From Alkanindiges sp. WGS2144 (GTDB taxonomy: Bacteria > Pseudomonadota > Gammaproteobacteria > Pseudomonadales > Moraxellaceae), in the NCBI RefSeq assembly GCF_043950625.1, contig NZ_CP171007.1: a stretch of DNA of 32,000 nucleotides; one strand, 5' to 3'. Positions 1 through 10,247 of the stretch are shown here, piece after piece. The translations under genes and the position numbers were made by a program. Numbering within the stretch: position 1 is the first letter of the stretch; every line of letters starts with the position of its first letter. Under the pieces are notes generated by a model. It did no database searches. It was not told where the DNA came from and worked only from the letters and a program-made list of their open reading frames with translations.

Positions 1-38
1 TTGGTCTCCAGCGCATCGGGATCCTGATAAAACGCCAT
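1..38 (-). CDS. 5' end (12 codons) of an unidentified CDS that runs off the left edge of the window
   Basis: The reverse complement reads AAGGAGAAAAAAC-ATG GCG TTT TAT CAG GAT CCC GAT GCG CTG GAG ACC. There is a strong Shine-Dalgarno (plus-strand ctcctt, 46-51) 7 nt upstream of the ATG (36-38). The fragment is too short to assign a product. Confidence 0.45.
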   Translation of the reverse strand, partial: MAFYQDPDALET

Positions 39-185
39 GTTTTTTCTCCTTGCTTGCCACTGCTTTGTTTTTAGCTTCACAACCAAGCATAGCCATATTT
101 AAGGCTTAATGAATCAAAGAATTGCAAAATAATGTATGCCAGCGCTGCCAGCATCATTACCCGGCAGGCCATTAACCCCTTTTAG

Positions 186-213
186 GCAAAAAAATACCCG
201 GCACAGGCCGGGC
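186..213 (-). terminator. Rho-independent terminator downstream of the M23 peptidase gene
   Basis: Stem CCCGGC (197-202) / GCCGGG (207-212) with a 4-nt loop. On the minus strand it is followed by a T-run (plus-strand A-run 188-194). Confidence 0.7.
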
Positions 214-268
214 AGTTTATGAAGAGGGGTTTTATTAGACACTCATTCAGCTGGAAACCAGCTCAATT

Positions 269-1105
269 TTAAAATTCGCGTTTTGGTGCCAAAGCCAGAT
301 AAGTGGCGGGGTTTTCACGCTTACCATCTTTAAGTACTTCATAGTGCAGGTGCGGGCCAGTACAGCGGCCTGTACAACCCACTGCTGCAATATTCTGGTT
401 GGCTTTGACCTGATCACCCACCGATACATACAAACGTGATGCATGACCATAGCGGGTCACATAACCATTGCCATGATCAATTTCCACATAGTTGCCATAA
501 CCACGACCCCAGCCAGAGTGAGTCACCACGCCATCACCGGTCGCATAAATAGGTGTGCCAGTGGGCGCTGCCAGATCAATGCCGGAGTGGTAGGCTGTTT
601 TACCAAACAGATGACGATAACCAAATGTTGAAGACACCCGGGCATTGGCGATTGGTTCGATGGCCAAAATAGAATTGCTCACATTCACACTATAAGGTGA
701 TGGATCATTACTATTGCGGTAAGAGCGGGTTACTGTTAGCGATTCGGTTAGACGATCCAGATTTTCCTGACGGGTTTGTGCCTGACGGGAGATCTGGTCA
801 ATTTGTTGCTGAATCCCATCGTTATGATCCTGGGATAAAATACTGAGTTCACCGCCATATTCGCCACCCACGCCAGCGCCATGGTCAAAATAATGGTCGT
901 GCTGTTCAGTCGCATCAATTAGGCCATGTGAGGCCAGTGAATCAACCAGCTGCTGCTGGGTAGTCCACATCTGGCTGACATATTGATCCAGAGAGGTAGT
1001 GTTGGCAGCACTAGAAGCACTGATTAAAGTTTGTGGATCAGCAAATGATGATGACGCAATCCATGCAGTAAAAGATAAGGCTAAAAAAATACGGCGCTTA
1101 CTCAT
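269..1105 (-). CDS. Secreted M23/LytM-family metallopeptidase (murein endopeptidase-like)
   Basis: From ORF 269..1147, trimmed to the ATG at 1105, which is preceded by AGGAAAGAG. The N-terminus MSKRRIFLALSFTAWIASSSFA is a signal peptide. The C-terminus carries M23 motifs (YHSGIDLAAPTGTPIYA ... GPHLHYEV). Confidence 0.85.
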   Translation of the reverse strand: MSKRRIFLALSFTAWIASSSFADPQTLISASSAANTTSLDQYVSQMWTTQQQLVDSLASHGLIDATEQHDHYFDHGAGVGGEYGGELSILSQDHNDGIQQQIDQISRQAQTRQENLDRLTESLTVTRSYRNSNDPSPYSVNVSNSILAIEPIANARVSSTFGYRHLFGKTAYHSGIDLAAPTGTPIYATGDGVVTHSGWGRGYGNYVEIDHGNGYVTRYGHASRLYVSVGDQVKANQNIAAVGCTGRCTGPHLHYEVLKDGKRENPATYLALAPKREF

Positions 1106-1215
1106 AAATAATCTCTTTCCTGTCCTGCGGCCTGACCTCACTGGCAATTAACCCTTGCTGCGTCGTTAAAAAATCGTTTAAGGTAACCCGGCTTTTTTAA
1201 CACAAAGACTATGCC

Positions 1216-1653
1216 ATGAAGCGTCCAATTCACGCCTTTTTTAATCACTCAGGGGAATCAACCACAGGGAGTTTGCAGTCTCTCCAGTCGCAAATGCAGT
1301 ACCTGGAAAAACTTACGCAACTGACCAAACCAGTCTTGCCACCTAATCAAACCTGGCAAGTGGTTTCCTTTCAAGAAGGGATCTTATGTATTGCCACAGA
1401 CAATTATGCAGCAATGAGTCAATTACGATACTTACAAACACATTACATTAAGCAGCTTCAGTACATTGCCGAGTTTAGGAATTTACGTTCCATTAAAGTG
1501 ATTGTGGAAGCCCGGCCAGTCCCAAAAACTATGCCTCAAATACCACCACCTGCACTGAACGATCAAACCCGACAAGCCATTTTAGAAGCTGCCACCCTCA
1601 TTCATGACCGCGAGCTTAGCCAAGCTCTACAGCGTTTGGCAAGCAAAAAATGA
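1216..1653 (+). CDS. DUF721/DciA-like protein (tentative family assignment)
   Basis: 145-aa ORF divergent from the M23 peptidase and convergent with lpxC. The central segment WQVVSFQEGILCIATDNYAAMSQLRYLQTHYIKQLQ...IKVIV resembles the DUF721 core pattern as I remember it. The family call was not verified by any search. Confidence 0.5.
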   Translation: MKRPIHAFFNHSGESTTGSLQSLQSQMQYLEKLTQLTKPVLPPNQTWQVVSFQEGILCIATDNYAAMSQLRYLQTHYIKQLQYIAEFRNLRSIKVIVEARPVPKTMPQIPPPALNDQTRQAILEAATLIHDRELSQALQRLASKK

Positions 1654-1691
1654 TCGAAAATTGAACTCAAAAAGGATTTTGATCGTTTTTT
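1652..1691 (+). terminator. Weak A/U-rich hairpin plus T-run after the DUF721-like gene
   Basis: GATCGAAA (1652-1659) pairs with TTTTGATC (1677-1684; one G-U pair, 17-nt loop) and is followed by TTTTTT (1686-1691). Confidence 0.35.
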
Positions 1692-1754
1692 AAGCAACAA
1701 AAAAATACATTTCCCTATGCAATGTTACATTATAACCTTAGCGATATAAGGAAG

Positions 1755-2657
1755 TTAACTGGCTTTTACATAAGAGATTGGGCAATTTACATCGTCATCA
1801 AATGTAACAATCTCATAACAATTTGGTGTGGTCAAAATTTTGCGTAAAAGCTGGTTATTGAGCGCATGGCCGGATTTATACCCCTCAAAGCGACCAATAA
1901 TACTGTGACCAATCAGATATAAGTCGCCAATAGCGTCCAGCATCTTATGCCGCACAAACTCGTCGCTAAAGCGCAGGCCTTCGCTATTGACAATCCCATG
2001 TTCATCCACCGCAATAGCATTTTCCAGGCTTGCCCCCAACGCCAGGTTATGCTGACGCAGATACTCCAGGTCACGCATAAAGCCAAATGTACGCGCCTGG
2101 CTAATTTCCTCAATAAACGAGGTCGTGGAAAAATCCACTTCTGCGGTTTTGTACTCATCACTAAATGCAGGGTGATCAAAATCGATGGTAAAGCGCACCA
2201 CAAAGCCGTTATGCGGTAAAAAAGCAGCCCGTTTATCATCCACCGTTACTTCTACTGGCTGGATGATGCGGATGTATTTCTTGGCGGCTTCCTGCTCCTG
2301 TAAGCCAGCCTGTTGCAGCAAATAAATAAACGGCCCGGCGCTGCCATCCATAATAGGGATTTCCGGGGCAGATACCTCAATAATAATATTATCAATGCCC
2401 ATACCGGCCAGGGCACTCATCAGATGCTCAACCGTGCCAATACGCACCTCGCCTTGCACCAGGTTGGAGGACATCATGGTTTCCTGCACCAGCAGAGCAC
2501 TGGCAGGAATCTCTACTGGTGGCATCAGGTCAATACGGCGAAATACAATGCCCCCATCAATATCGTGGGGTAAAAAGTTAATAAATACGTCTTTACCACT
2601 GTGCAAGCCTGTACCGCTTGCCCGAATGATTTTTTTAATCGTACGCTGCTTCAGCAT
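1755..2657 (-). CDS. lpxC: UDP-3-O-acyl-N-acetylglucosamine deacetylase
   Basis: From ORF 1755..2687, trimmed to the ATG at 2657. [21 protein letters not shown] matches the canonical LpxC N-terminus (E. coli [21 protein letters not shown]). The gene sits directly downstream of ftsZ, as in dcw clusters. Confidence 0.95.
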   Translation of the reverse strand: MLKQRTIKKIIRASGTGLHSGKDVFINFLPHDIDGGIVFRRIDLMPPVEIPASALLVQETMMSSNLVQGEVRIGTVEHLMSALAGMGIDNIIIEVSAPEIPIMDGSAGPFIYLLQQAGLQEQEAAKKYIRIIQPVEVTVDDKRAAFLPHNGFVVRFTIDFDHPAFSDEYKTAEVDFSTTSFIEEISQARTFGFMRDLEYLRQHNLALGASLENAIAVDEHGIVNSEGLRFSDEFVRHKMLDAIGDLYLIGHSIIGRFEGYKSGHALNNQLLRKILTTPNCYEIVTFDDDVNCPISYVKAS

Positions 2658-2803
2658 AAAAATAGTTCTTTCAATAGACAAACTCATATTAGCCTATTGT
2701 TGCCAGCTATATAAACTTATCTAACAGGATAATGGGCTATCAGAAACAGGCCTGCACACGCAATGTGTACAAGCCCGCAAGATTAGCAGTATAGCAAACA
2801 GGT

Positions 2804-4006
2804 TTATTTCTTTTGCTGGTTTTTTAAATAGTCCTGAATGCTCATTGGTGCTGGTCGTGCTGCCGGGGCTGGTTGTGGCGCAGCAGCAGGTACTGCCGGG
2901 CTGGCAGTCGGTGCACGGCGGCTGATCGCTGGCGCATCATCTTCATCCTGCACAGGTGCTGCCGTTGCCTGATTTTGCTGAGTGGCAGCTACCGGTTGCT
3001 GCCGGGTAACCTGACCAGAAAAATCAATCGGGTCACGGGTCAGGCCGGTTGCAATGACGGTAACACGCAACTCATCACGTGCGTCCGGATCAAATACCGT
3101 ACCGTAGAAAATATCACCTTCATCCAGGTCGGCAATCTGGCTGACCACATCAGAGATTGCCTGAATTTCACGCGGCTTCACATCATCAGCACTGGTAATA
3201 TTGATCAGTACACCCTTGGCATTTTCCAGACGCACCTGATCCAGTAACGGACTACGAATCGCCTGCTCGGCGGCCTGACGGGCACGGTCTTCGCCACGCC
3301 CCATGCCAATCCCCATCATGGCATAACCACGAGTACTCATGGCAGTTTTCAGGTCGGCAAAGTCAAGGTTAATATGGCCATGATTCACCACCAGATCAAA
3401 AATACTGCGCACCGCATTAAGCAATACATCATCTGCCTTTTTAAAGGCTTCTTTCATGGATAAATCGCCGTATACCGTAAGCAGCTTTTCATTTGGAATA
3501 ATAATGAGGGAATCTACATGTTTTTCCAGCTCATCAATGCCTTTTTCGGCAGATTTCTGGCGCTTACGGCCCTCAAAGCCAAACGGCGTGGTCACCACAC
3601 CGACCGTCAGGATTCCCATTTCCTTGGCCACTTCAGCCACGACTGGCGCAGCGCCGGTACCCGTACCACCACCCATGCCGGCAGTCACAAACACCATATC
3701 GGTGCCTTCCAGTTGTTCACGGATCTGGTCACGGGCTTCTTCTGCCGAAGTACGTCCTACCTCCGGATTTGCACCAGCGCCCAGGCCGCGGGTACTTTGC
3801 TGACCCAGCTGCACGTTAAAGGGCGCTTTCATACGATCCAGTGCCTGCTTGTCAGTGTTGGCGCAAATAAACTTTACACCATTAATTTCTGACTCCACCA
3901 TGTGCTGCACGGCATTACCACCACCGCCACCCACACCAAAAACGGTAAAACGGGCCTGCCCATTGTTGTCGATTACTTCATCTTCAATTAGCGTAAATGA
4001 GGACAT
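2804..4006 (-). CDS. ftsZ: Cell division GTPase FtsZ
   Basis: 400 aa. It has the tubulin signature GGGTGTGAAPVVAE, the N-terminal GVGGGGGNAV motif, a Pro/Ala/Gln-rich linker and a conserved C-terminal peptide (SIQDYLKNQ). Confidence 0.97.
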   Translation of the reverse strand: MSSFTLIEDEVIDNNGQARFTVFGVGGGGGNAVQHMVESEINGVKFICANTDKQALDRMKAPFNVQLGQQSTRGLGAGANPEVGRTSAEEARDQIREQLEGTDMVFVTAGMGGGTGTGAAPVVAEVAKEMGILTVGVVTTPFGFEGRKRQKSAEKGIDELEKHVDSLIIIPNEKLLTVYGDLSMKEAFKKADDVLLNAVRSIFDLVVNHGHINLDFADLKTAMSTRGYAMMGIGMGRGEDRARQAAEQAIRSPLLDQVRLENAKGVLINITSADDVKPREIQAISDVVSQIADLDEGDIFYGTVFDPDARDELRVTVIATGLTRDPIDFSGQVTRQQPVAATQQNQATAAPVQDEDDAPAISRRAPTASPAVPAAAPQPAPAARPAPMSIQDYLKNQQKK

Positions 4007-4170
4007 GACCTTTTGGTCTCCAAGATTAGTATGGCAGCTGTTATGCCCGTAGCACTGCCTTGATTAGTAAATGAATTAGCATGCGTTGCCATATGCTGAC
4101 TGTCAAGTGAAAATGGATATTCAACAACAAAGTTACAGCACAAGGGCAACGCCTTTTGTCCTGCTACCTA

Positions 4171-5451
4171 CTAAACCAGCTGACGCAGCTTTTCCAGCAG
4201 GGTTTGTGCTGGCTGAACCAGATATTGCTGCAACCAGTTACCTTGATGCGCTGCTTCTACGCCTACTTCACTGGCGCGTTGCTGCTCATTCTGGCTATAC
4301 ATTAAAAGGCCGCTGACCGTCGCGTAAATGGAGCGGCGTAACAGCGGACGTTTTTCTTCACTGATATCCACACTTAACGGTGGATTGCCCAAATGTACAG
4401 ACACACCCAGCATGCGTCGTGCCAGCGCGACGGCACCTTCAATCTGGCAGGCATCACCAGTCAGTACTACCCCGTGCCGCAGCACGTTAATAGCACCGCT
4501 TTGCTCCAGTTGCTGACGCACTTCCTCAAAAATTTCTTCGTAACGCGCTACAATGATTTCTGCCAGTTCAATCCGGCTTTTTACCATACCTGGTGTGGTT
4601 CCAATGCCCGGAATCTGAATCATGTGATCCGGTTTGATTGCTGATAAATCCACACAGCCATAGCGGATTTTTAAGCTTTCAGCTTGCTCGGTTGAGGTTT
4701 GTAGCACTGAAGCAATATCACGGGTCACATGCTCACCGCCACGCTGCAAGGTATGGCTTAGAATAAGCCGGTTTTCCAGATAAACCGCAATATTAGTGGT
4801 ACCTGCACCAATATCGACCATGCACACGCCGTATTCTTTTTCATCCTTGAGCAGCACCGCTTCAGAAGTGGCCAGCGTTGAAATAATAGTACGCTCTACC
4901 CCAATACCTGCACTTTTCAGGGCCTTATCCAGATTCTGCATGGTATTGATCGGCAGCATCATCAGGTGGTAATGCCCGGTGATGAAATTACCCGACATAT
5001 TAATGGGATGGTCTACCCAGTCATCCTGATCATCAATGGCAACGCCCAGTGGCACCGCATTGGTCAGGTAATGATCCGGCATTAAATGGCTGCTTTTTGC
5101 CATTTCCAGTGTGCGTACAATCTCGGTGGTACTAATGGTCTGATTCATCACCGGTGTACGGCCAGAGGCATTAAAACTTTTGAGTTCAGCACTCGGGATA
5201 GCAACCCATGCTGTATGGATCCTGCAATCGGCCATATCCTCAGCCTGCGATACTGCATCCTTAATAGCAGCAACCACTTTATCCAGATTTTTAATGACGC
5301 CTTTACTCATGCCCCGGTTGGGCGCGTGCGCCATGCCAATCACTTCAATCTGGTCAGGACCATGGATTCTGCCAATCAGCACCGCAACCTTGTGTGTTCC
5401 AATATCAATTGCAACGACAGATGGAACCGCATCATTCATGATATTTACCAT
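4171..5451 (-). CDS. ftsA: Cell division protein FtsA (actin-like ATPase)
   Basis: 426 aa. VVAIDIGTHKV is the phosphate-1 motif and VDIGAGTTNIAVY the phosphate-2 motif. The gene lies between ftsQ and ftsZ. The start could instead be the ATG at 5439 (MNDAVP); neither candidate has a strong SD. Confidence 0.93.
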   Translation of the reverse strand: MVNIMNDAVPSVVAIDIGTHKVAVLIGRIHGPDQIEVIGMAHAPNRGMSKGVIKNLDKVVAAIKDAVSQAEDMADCRIHTAWVAIPSAELKSFNASGRTPVMNQTISTTEIVRTLEMAKSSHLMPDHYLTNAVPLGVAIDDQDDWVDHPINMSGNFITGHYHLMMLPINTMQNLDKALKSAGIGVERTIISTLATSEAVLLKDEKEYGVCMVDIGAGTTNIAVYLENRLILSHTLQRGGEHVTRDIASVLQTSTEQAESLKIRYGCVDLSAIKPDHMIQIPGIGTTPGMVKSRIELAEIIVARYEEIFEEVRQQLEQSGAINVLRHGVVLTGDACQIEGAVALARRMLGVSVHLGNPPLSVDISEEKRPLLRRSIYATVSGLLMYSQNEQQRASEVGVEAAHQGNWLQQYLVQPAQTLLEKLRQLV

Positions 5452-5484
5452 TGTTTATTTTTTCAGTTTTCATCAATTGGCTAC

Positions 5485-6348
5485 TCAGTTCTTGATGAGG
5501 GAGTGGTTTAACGCAACTCCCGCTACAGGGTCAGCCAGCACTGGTTCAACCACAAATTTGTTCGCTACAATTTTAGGTGGCTGAGCATTTTTCCATTGCA
5601 GAGCCAGACCATTACGATAACGTAAATCGGCTGCCACAATATTGGGCCACTGTACTTTTAACTCCGTTAAGCCTAACTGGCTTAAGCGCTGCAATTTGGT
5701 CAAGGTTTGATCCTGATCCACAATGACCCGCATGCCAGTATTAAACTGCATAAACCAGGTCATGCGGTCAGTCAGGTGCAACTCTTTAAGTTGCATGCCC
5801 AATGGCGCGAACCACTGGTTAATTTGTCGATACTGTTGCATCAGCTGCACTGAATATATCGACGGGCCATGTAGCAAAGGCAAATCCCGGCGATCCACAT
5901 AGCTGGCTTCAACAAAAATATGCCCACTATCACTAAGCAAACGGCCACTGCCCCAGCGTGCAATGGGATGGCGCGGCGTGGCACGAATTACAATGCCATT
6001 TGGCCAGTGCCGGGTAACCACCACGCGGTCAACCCATGGCAACTCCAGGGCTTCGTCCCGCAGTGCCTCCAGGTCAGTGGTGAAAAATCCCTCATTCACC
6101 AGTGGTTGCAGTTTATTGTGTAACAGCTGCTGTTGGAGGGTGTTTAGATCACCCACCACTTCCACAGTCGCTGCGGGCGCCTGCCGGATGGTATTGAGGG
6201 TCGCCCAGATTCCCACACCACACAGCACCACTGCCAAGGCAACCAGCAACCAGCTTCCCCACCAGGATGCACGCTCCCACTTACCCGTACTTTTGGCAGT
6301 ACGGACAGGCGCTGCTTTACGACGCATGGAAATGGGAAGCTCTGCCAT
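5485..6348 (-). CDS. ftsQ: Cell division protein FtsQ
   Basis: 287 aa with a basic N-terminus, a single TM helix (WWGSWLLVALAVVLCGVGIWA) and a POTRA-like segment. The position between ddl and ftsA supports the call. Confidence 0.88.
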   Translation of the reverse strand: MAELPISMRRKAAPVRTAKSTGKWERASWWGSWLLVALAVVLCGVGIWATLNTIRQAPAATVEVVGDLNTLQQQLLHNKLQPLVNEGFFTTDLEALRDEALELPWVDRVVVTRHWPNGIVIRATPRHPIARWGSGRLLSDSGHIFVEASYVDRRDLPLLHGPSIYSVQLMQQYRQINQWFAPLGMQLKELHLTDRMTWFMQFNTGMRVIVDQDQTLTKLQRLSQLGLTELKVQWPNIVAADLRYRNGLALQWKNAQPPKIVANKFVVEPVLADPVAGVALNHSLIKN

Positions 6349-6353
6349 AGGGT

Positions 6354-7292
6354 CTAGCCTGCCTTGGCTGCTGTCAGGGTTTGCTGCAAAATCAGCTCAC
6401 ACAACTCATCAAAACTATACCCCACTGCTTTGGCTGCCATCGGTACCAGCGAATGATCCGTCATACCGGGTACGGTGTTAATTTCCAGTAACCAAAAATT
6501 CCCCTGCTCATCCTGCATGGCATCTATTCTGCCCCAGCCACTTGCACCCACAGCATGAAAAGCACGTAACGCCAGATCCTGTAGCCGTTGTTCTTCTGTA
6601 TTACTTAAACCGCAGGGAATGCCATACTGCGTATCATTACGCTGATATTTGGCTTCATAATCATAAAAGGCCGCGTCGCTTGGCGGTTGCAGGCGAATCA
6701 CCGGCAGCGCCTGACCGTTTAGGATCACTACTGTAAACTCACGACCAGTAATCCATTGCTCTGCCATGACCACGGCATCATGCTGGGCAGCCTGCTCATA
6801 AGCCGGCTGCAACTGCGCCAGGCTTTCTACCTTGCTCATACCAATACTGGAACCTTCATGTACCGGCTTGATAATCAACGGTAAGCCCAGTTCAGTAACT
6901 ATCTGTGCAAAATCGGTTTCCTGGTTGAGCAGGCGATATGGGGCCGTTGGAAAACCCATACCTTGCCATAATTGTTTGGTTTTAGCCTTATCCATGCCCA
7001 GCGCTGAAGCCAATACACCACTGCCTGTATAGGGAACATTCAGCCATTCCAGCACACCCTGAATCTGCCCATCCTCACCACCACGCCCATGCAGCACAAT
7101 AAACGCGCGGTCAAAGTCAGTAATTTCAGTGACTGAACGTACTGCCGGGTCAAAGGCATAGGCATCAATCCCCCGACGCAGCAAGGCATCCAGTACGGCC
7201 TGACCACTGTTGATTGAAACTTCCCGCTCCGCTGAGTGCCCCCCGAACAGTACTGCAACTTTGCCAAAATCCGTGTGTTGATGCTGTGACAC
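6354..7292 (-). CDS. ddl: D-alanine--D-alanine ligase
   Basis: 312 aa. [20 protein letters not shown], the ATP-grasp core and the [10 protein letters not shown] motif are all present. Its stop lies 5 nt before the ftsQ start. Confidence 0.95.
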   Translation of the reverse strand: MSQHQHTDFGKVAVLFGGHSAEREVSINSGQAVLDALLRRGIDAYAFDPAVRSVTEITDFDRAFIVLHGRGGEDGQIQGVLEWLNVPYTGSGVLASALGMDKAKTKQLWQGMGFPTAPYRLLNQETDFAQIVTELGLPLIIKPVHEGSSIGMSKVESLAQLQPAYEQAAQHDAVVMAEQWITGREFTVVILNGQALPVIRLQPPSDAAFYDYEAKYQRNDTQYGIPCGLSNTEEQRLQDLALRAFHAVGASGWGRIDAMQDEQGNFWLLEINTVPGMTDHSLVPMAAKAVGYSFDELCELILQQTLTAAKAG

Positions 7293-7508
7293 GTTATACG
7301 TCCATTTTCAAACTTTGTTTCACGATCCAGCCCGGTCAGGCTTAATCGCACCATAAAAGCATTTTAATCTAGCATGAGCCTACGCTTGCAGCAGCCCGCC
7401 ATGTTAGACAAATCCGTGCAAATGACCAAATTTGTTGTTCATCGTCATTTCAGTGTTTAAGCGTTAAATCATCTATATGGCTGATCATTTAACCGTGCCT
7501 CAAAATGG

Positions 7509-8963
7509 CTATTTTGCCTTTAAATACAAGCCTTGCTGCGCCAGTTCCACCGAGATGCTACCCACATTTCCAGCGCCCTGAGTCAGCAACAGGTCATTGG
7601 GCTGTAACACATTTTGTAACACTACAGCCAGCTGGGTTTCCACCGGATCAACCAGAATTGGTTCCACATGCCCTCGCAGGCGCAAACTGCGTGCCAGACT
7701 ACGGCTATCGGCACCAACAATTGGCTTTTCACCTGCCGGATAAACTTCCAATAGCAGCAGTTCATCCACCTGTGATAACACCTCAACAAAGTCATCAAAA
7801 CAGTCACGGGTTCGTGTAAAGCGATGCGGCTGAAACAGCATGACCAAACGACGCTCCGGGTGGCTTTGCCGTGCCGCCTTAATGGTGGCTTCTACCTCTT
7901 TGGGGTGATGTCCATAATCATCAATCAGTTTGACATTGCCCTGCCCATGCGTAAACTCACCCTGAACCTGAAAGCGACGTCCCACCCCGGAAAACCCTTC
8001 CAGTGCCCGGCTGATGGCAGCATCGGATACCCCTTCATCAGTAGCCACGCCAATGGCAGCCAGTGCATTCAATACATTATGCAAACCCGGCTGATTAATG
8101 GTTAAACGCAGTGGCGCACGGTCTTTACGCAGTACCGTAAAATGAGTCTGCATGCCGGCCTGCTCCACCTCAACCGCCCGGATATCATTTTCTTCACCAA
8201 AGCCATAGGTCAGCAGCGGGCGACCAATTCGCGGCAGTAATTCGCGAATGACTGGATCATCACCACATACCACCGCCAGCCCATAAAACGGTAACTTTTG
8301 CAAAAACTGGATAAAGGTATCTTTTAGTACTTCGAAGCTGCCACCATAAGTTTCCATATGGTCGGCATCAATATTAGTCACAATGGCAGCCATCGGATGC
8401 AAGTATAAAAACGAGGCATCGCTTTCATCGGCTTCTGCTACCAGATAGCGGCTGGCACCCAATGCTGCATTGACGCCGCTACGGTTAAGCAAGCCACCAA
8501 TGACATACGTCGGATCGAGGTTTTCTTCAGCCAGCATACAGGTCAGCAAGCTGGTGGTGGTGGTTTTGCCATGCGTGCCGGCCACAGCAATGCCATGCCG
8601 GTAACGCATTAGCTCACCCAGCATTTCAGCACGGCGCACCACAGGAATACGCTGGCTAATGGCCTGTTTGATCTCGGGATTTTCGGGATCAATTGCGGTA
8701 GACACCACCAGTACATTTGCGCCTGCAATATTTTCCGCCTGATGTCCAAAGTAAATACTAATCCCCTGTGCGTTTAAACGTTCAGTGGTTTTGCTGGGTT
8801 TTAAATCCGAGCCAGAAATTTTATAGCCCTGATTATTGAGCACCTCTGCAATGCCACACATGCCAGCGCCGCCAATCCCGACAAAGTGAATATGCCGGAT
8901 ACGCCGCATTTCCGGAATCTTGATCAATTGCTTGCTTTGGGCAGAAGTAAAGGAGGGCGTCAT
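7509..8963 (-). CDS. murC: UDP-N-acetylmuramate--L-alanine ligase
   Basis: 484 aa. [17 protein letters not shown] is the Rossmann motif and [14 protein letters not shown] the Mur-ligase P-loop. Confidence 0.96.
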   Translation of the reverse strand: MTPSFTSAQSKQLIKIPEMRRIRHIHFVGIGGAGMCGIAEVLNNQGYKISGSDLKPSKTTERLNAQGISIYFGHQAENIAGANVLVVSTAIDPENPEIKQAISQRIPVVRRAEMLGELMRYRHGIAVAGTHGKTTTTSLLTCMLAEENLDPTYVIGGLLNRSGVNAALGASRYLVAEADESDASFLYLHPMAAIVTNIDADHMETYGGSFEVLKDTFIQFLQKLPFYGLAVVCGDDPVIRELLPRIGRPLLTYGFGEENDIRAVEVEQAGMQTHFTVLRKDRAPLRLTINQPGLHNVLNALAAIGVATDEGVSDAAISRALEGFSGVGRRFQVQGEFTHGQGNVKLIDDYGHHPKEVEATIKAARQSHPERRLVMLFQPHRFTRTRDCFDDFVEVLSQVDELLLLEVYPAGEKPIVGADSRSLARSLRLRGHVEPILVDPVETQLAVVLQNVLQPNDLLLTQGAGNVGSISVELAQQGLYLKAK

Positions 8964-8982
8964 CTTGGGCTCAACAATAAAA

Positions 8983-10098
8983 TTAACGGATTAAAGACAG
9001 CAATAATTCTGTCACCTGCTGTGTAGCCTGCGGATGAGCTTGCTGTCTGGCTTTGATTGCCATGGCTTTCAACACAGGGCGACTCATGAGCGGTGCCAAT
9101 GCCTGACTTAAACTTTGTGAGGTCAGTGTACTCTGGGGGCAGATAATGGCTGCCCCACAATCGGCCAGATAACCTGCATTGGCAGTCTGGTGATCATCCA
9201 CTGCACTAGGTAAGGGCACAAAAACGGCTGCCACACCCGCAGTTGCTACCTCAGTGACGGTGAGCGCACCTGCACGACAAATCATCAGGTCAGCCTGGGC
9301 ATAGGCAGCAGCCATATCCTCAACAAAGGGCACCACCTGTACCTTAAGCACAGCATTGGCCAAAGCCGTGTAGCGCTGTTGGGTAGACTCTACCTGTTGC
9401 TGTCCACACTGATGAATAATATGCAAAGGAATATTCAGTGACGCCAGTGCCTCAGGCACGCGCTCATTCAAGGCCTGTGCCCCAAGCGACCCACCCACAA
9501 TTAAAATATTCAGGGGCGCAACGTCCCGGGCATCGTAGCGGTGCTCTGGGGCAACCAGGCTAGCGATATCGGCACGCACCGGATTTCCTGTGGTTTTGAC
9601 CTTGGCTGACTCGGGAAACGCCTGCGGAAATGCCTGTAATACCAGCGTAGCCAAGCGTGCCAGCTGAGTATTGGTAAACCCGGCAATGGCATTTTGTTCA
9701 TGAATCACCAGCGGCAAACCCAAAAGCCGCGCTGCAAGCCCGCCCGGCCCGGCCACATAGCCACCAAAGCCAATCACAGCGTCTACTTTGAGTTGACGCA
9801 TCAGGCGCATAGCCGCAAAAGTTGCCGCCACGATTTTAAATGGCGCAGCCAGTAAGCGCTTTAAACCATTGCCACGCAAGCCCTGAATATCAATAGGATG
9901 CAGCGGGATATTTCTGGCACCCACCAGACGATGTTCCATGCCTATGCGCGTTGCCAGCCAATGTACTTCAATACCTTGGACGCGCAGGCTTTCTGCCACG
10001 GCCAGCGCAGGAAACACATGACCGCCAGTACCAGCTGCCATCACCATTACGGTTTTAGTCATGCCGGTTTTAATTTGTTTGACCTGCCCCTGAACCAC
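8983..10098 (-). CDS. murG: UDP-N-acetylglucosamine--N-acetylmuramyl-(pentapeptide) pyrophosphoryl-undecaprenol GlcNAc transferase
   Basis: [20 protein letters not shown] matches the MurG N-terminus (E. coli [19 protein letters not shown]). The ORF begins at the GTG at 10098; an alternative ATG at 10062 (MTKTVMVM) is equally plausible. Confidence 0.93.
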   Translation of the reverse strand: MVQGQVKQIKTGMTKTVMVMAAGTGGHVFPALAVAESLRVQGIEVHWLATRIGMEHRLVGARNIPLHPIDIQGLRGNGLKRLLAAPFKIVAATFAAMRLMRQLKVDAVIGFGGYVAGPGGLAARLLGLPLVIHEQNAIAGFTNTQLARLATLVLQAFPQAFPESAKVKTTGNPVRADIASLVAPEHRYDARDVAPLNILIVGGSLGAQALNERVPEALASLNIPLHIIHQCGQQQVESTQQRYTALANAVLKVQVVPFVEDMAAAYAQADLMICRAGALTVTEVATAGVAAVFVPLPSAVDDHQTANAGYLADCGAAIICPQSTLTSQSLSQALAPLMSRPVLKAMAIKARQQAHPQATQQVTELLLSLIR

Positions 10099-10247
10099 AA
10101 ACCACCTGTATTTATGTTTTTACCTAGTAAATCCTATTGCTACTTCGCACATATCCCTATGCCAAGTTAACCGCTTATTCTAGCCGTAATTGCGCCCAAG
10201 CTTAAACAGGCCTGCGCACAATTTGCCGACATTTTTGTATGACAATC

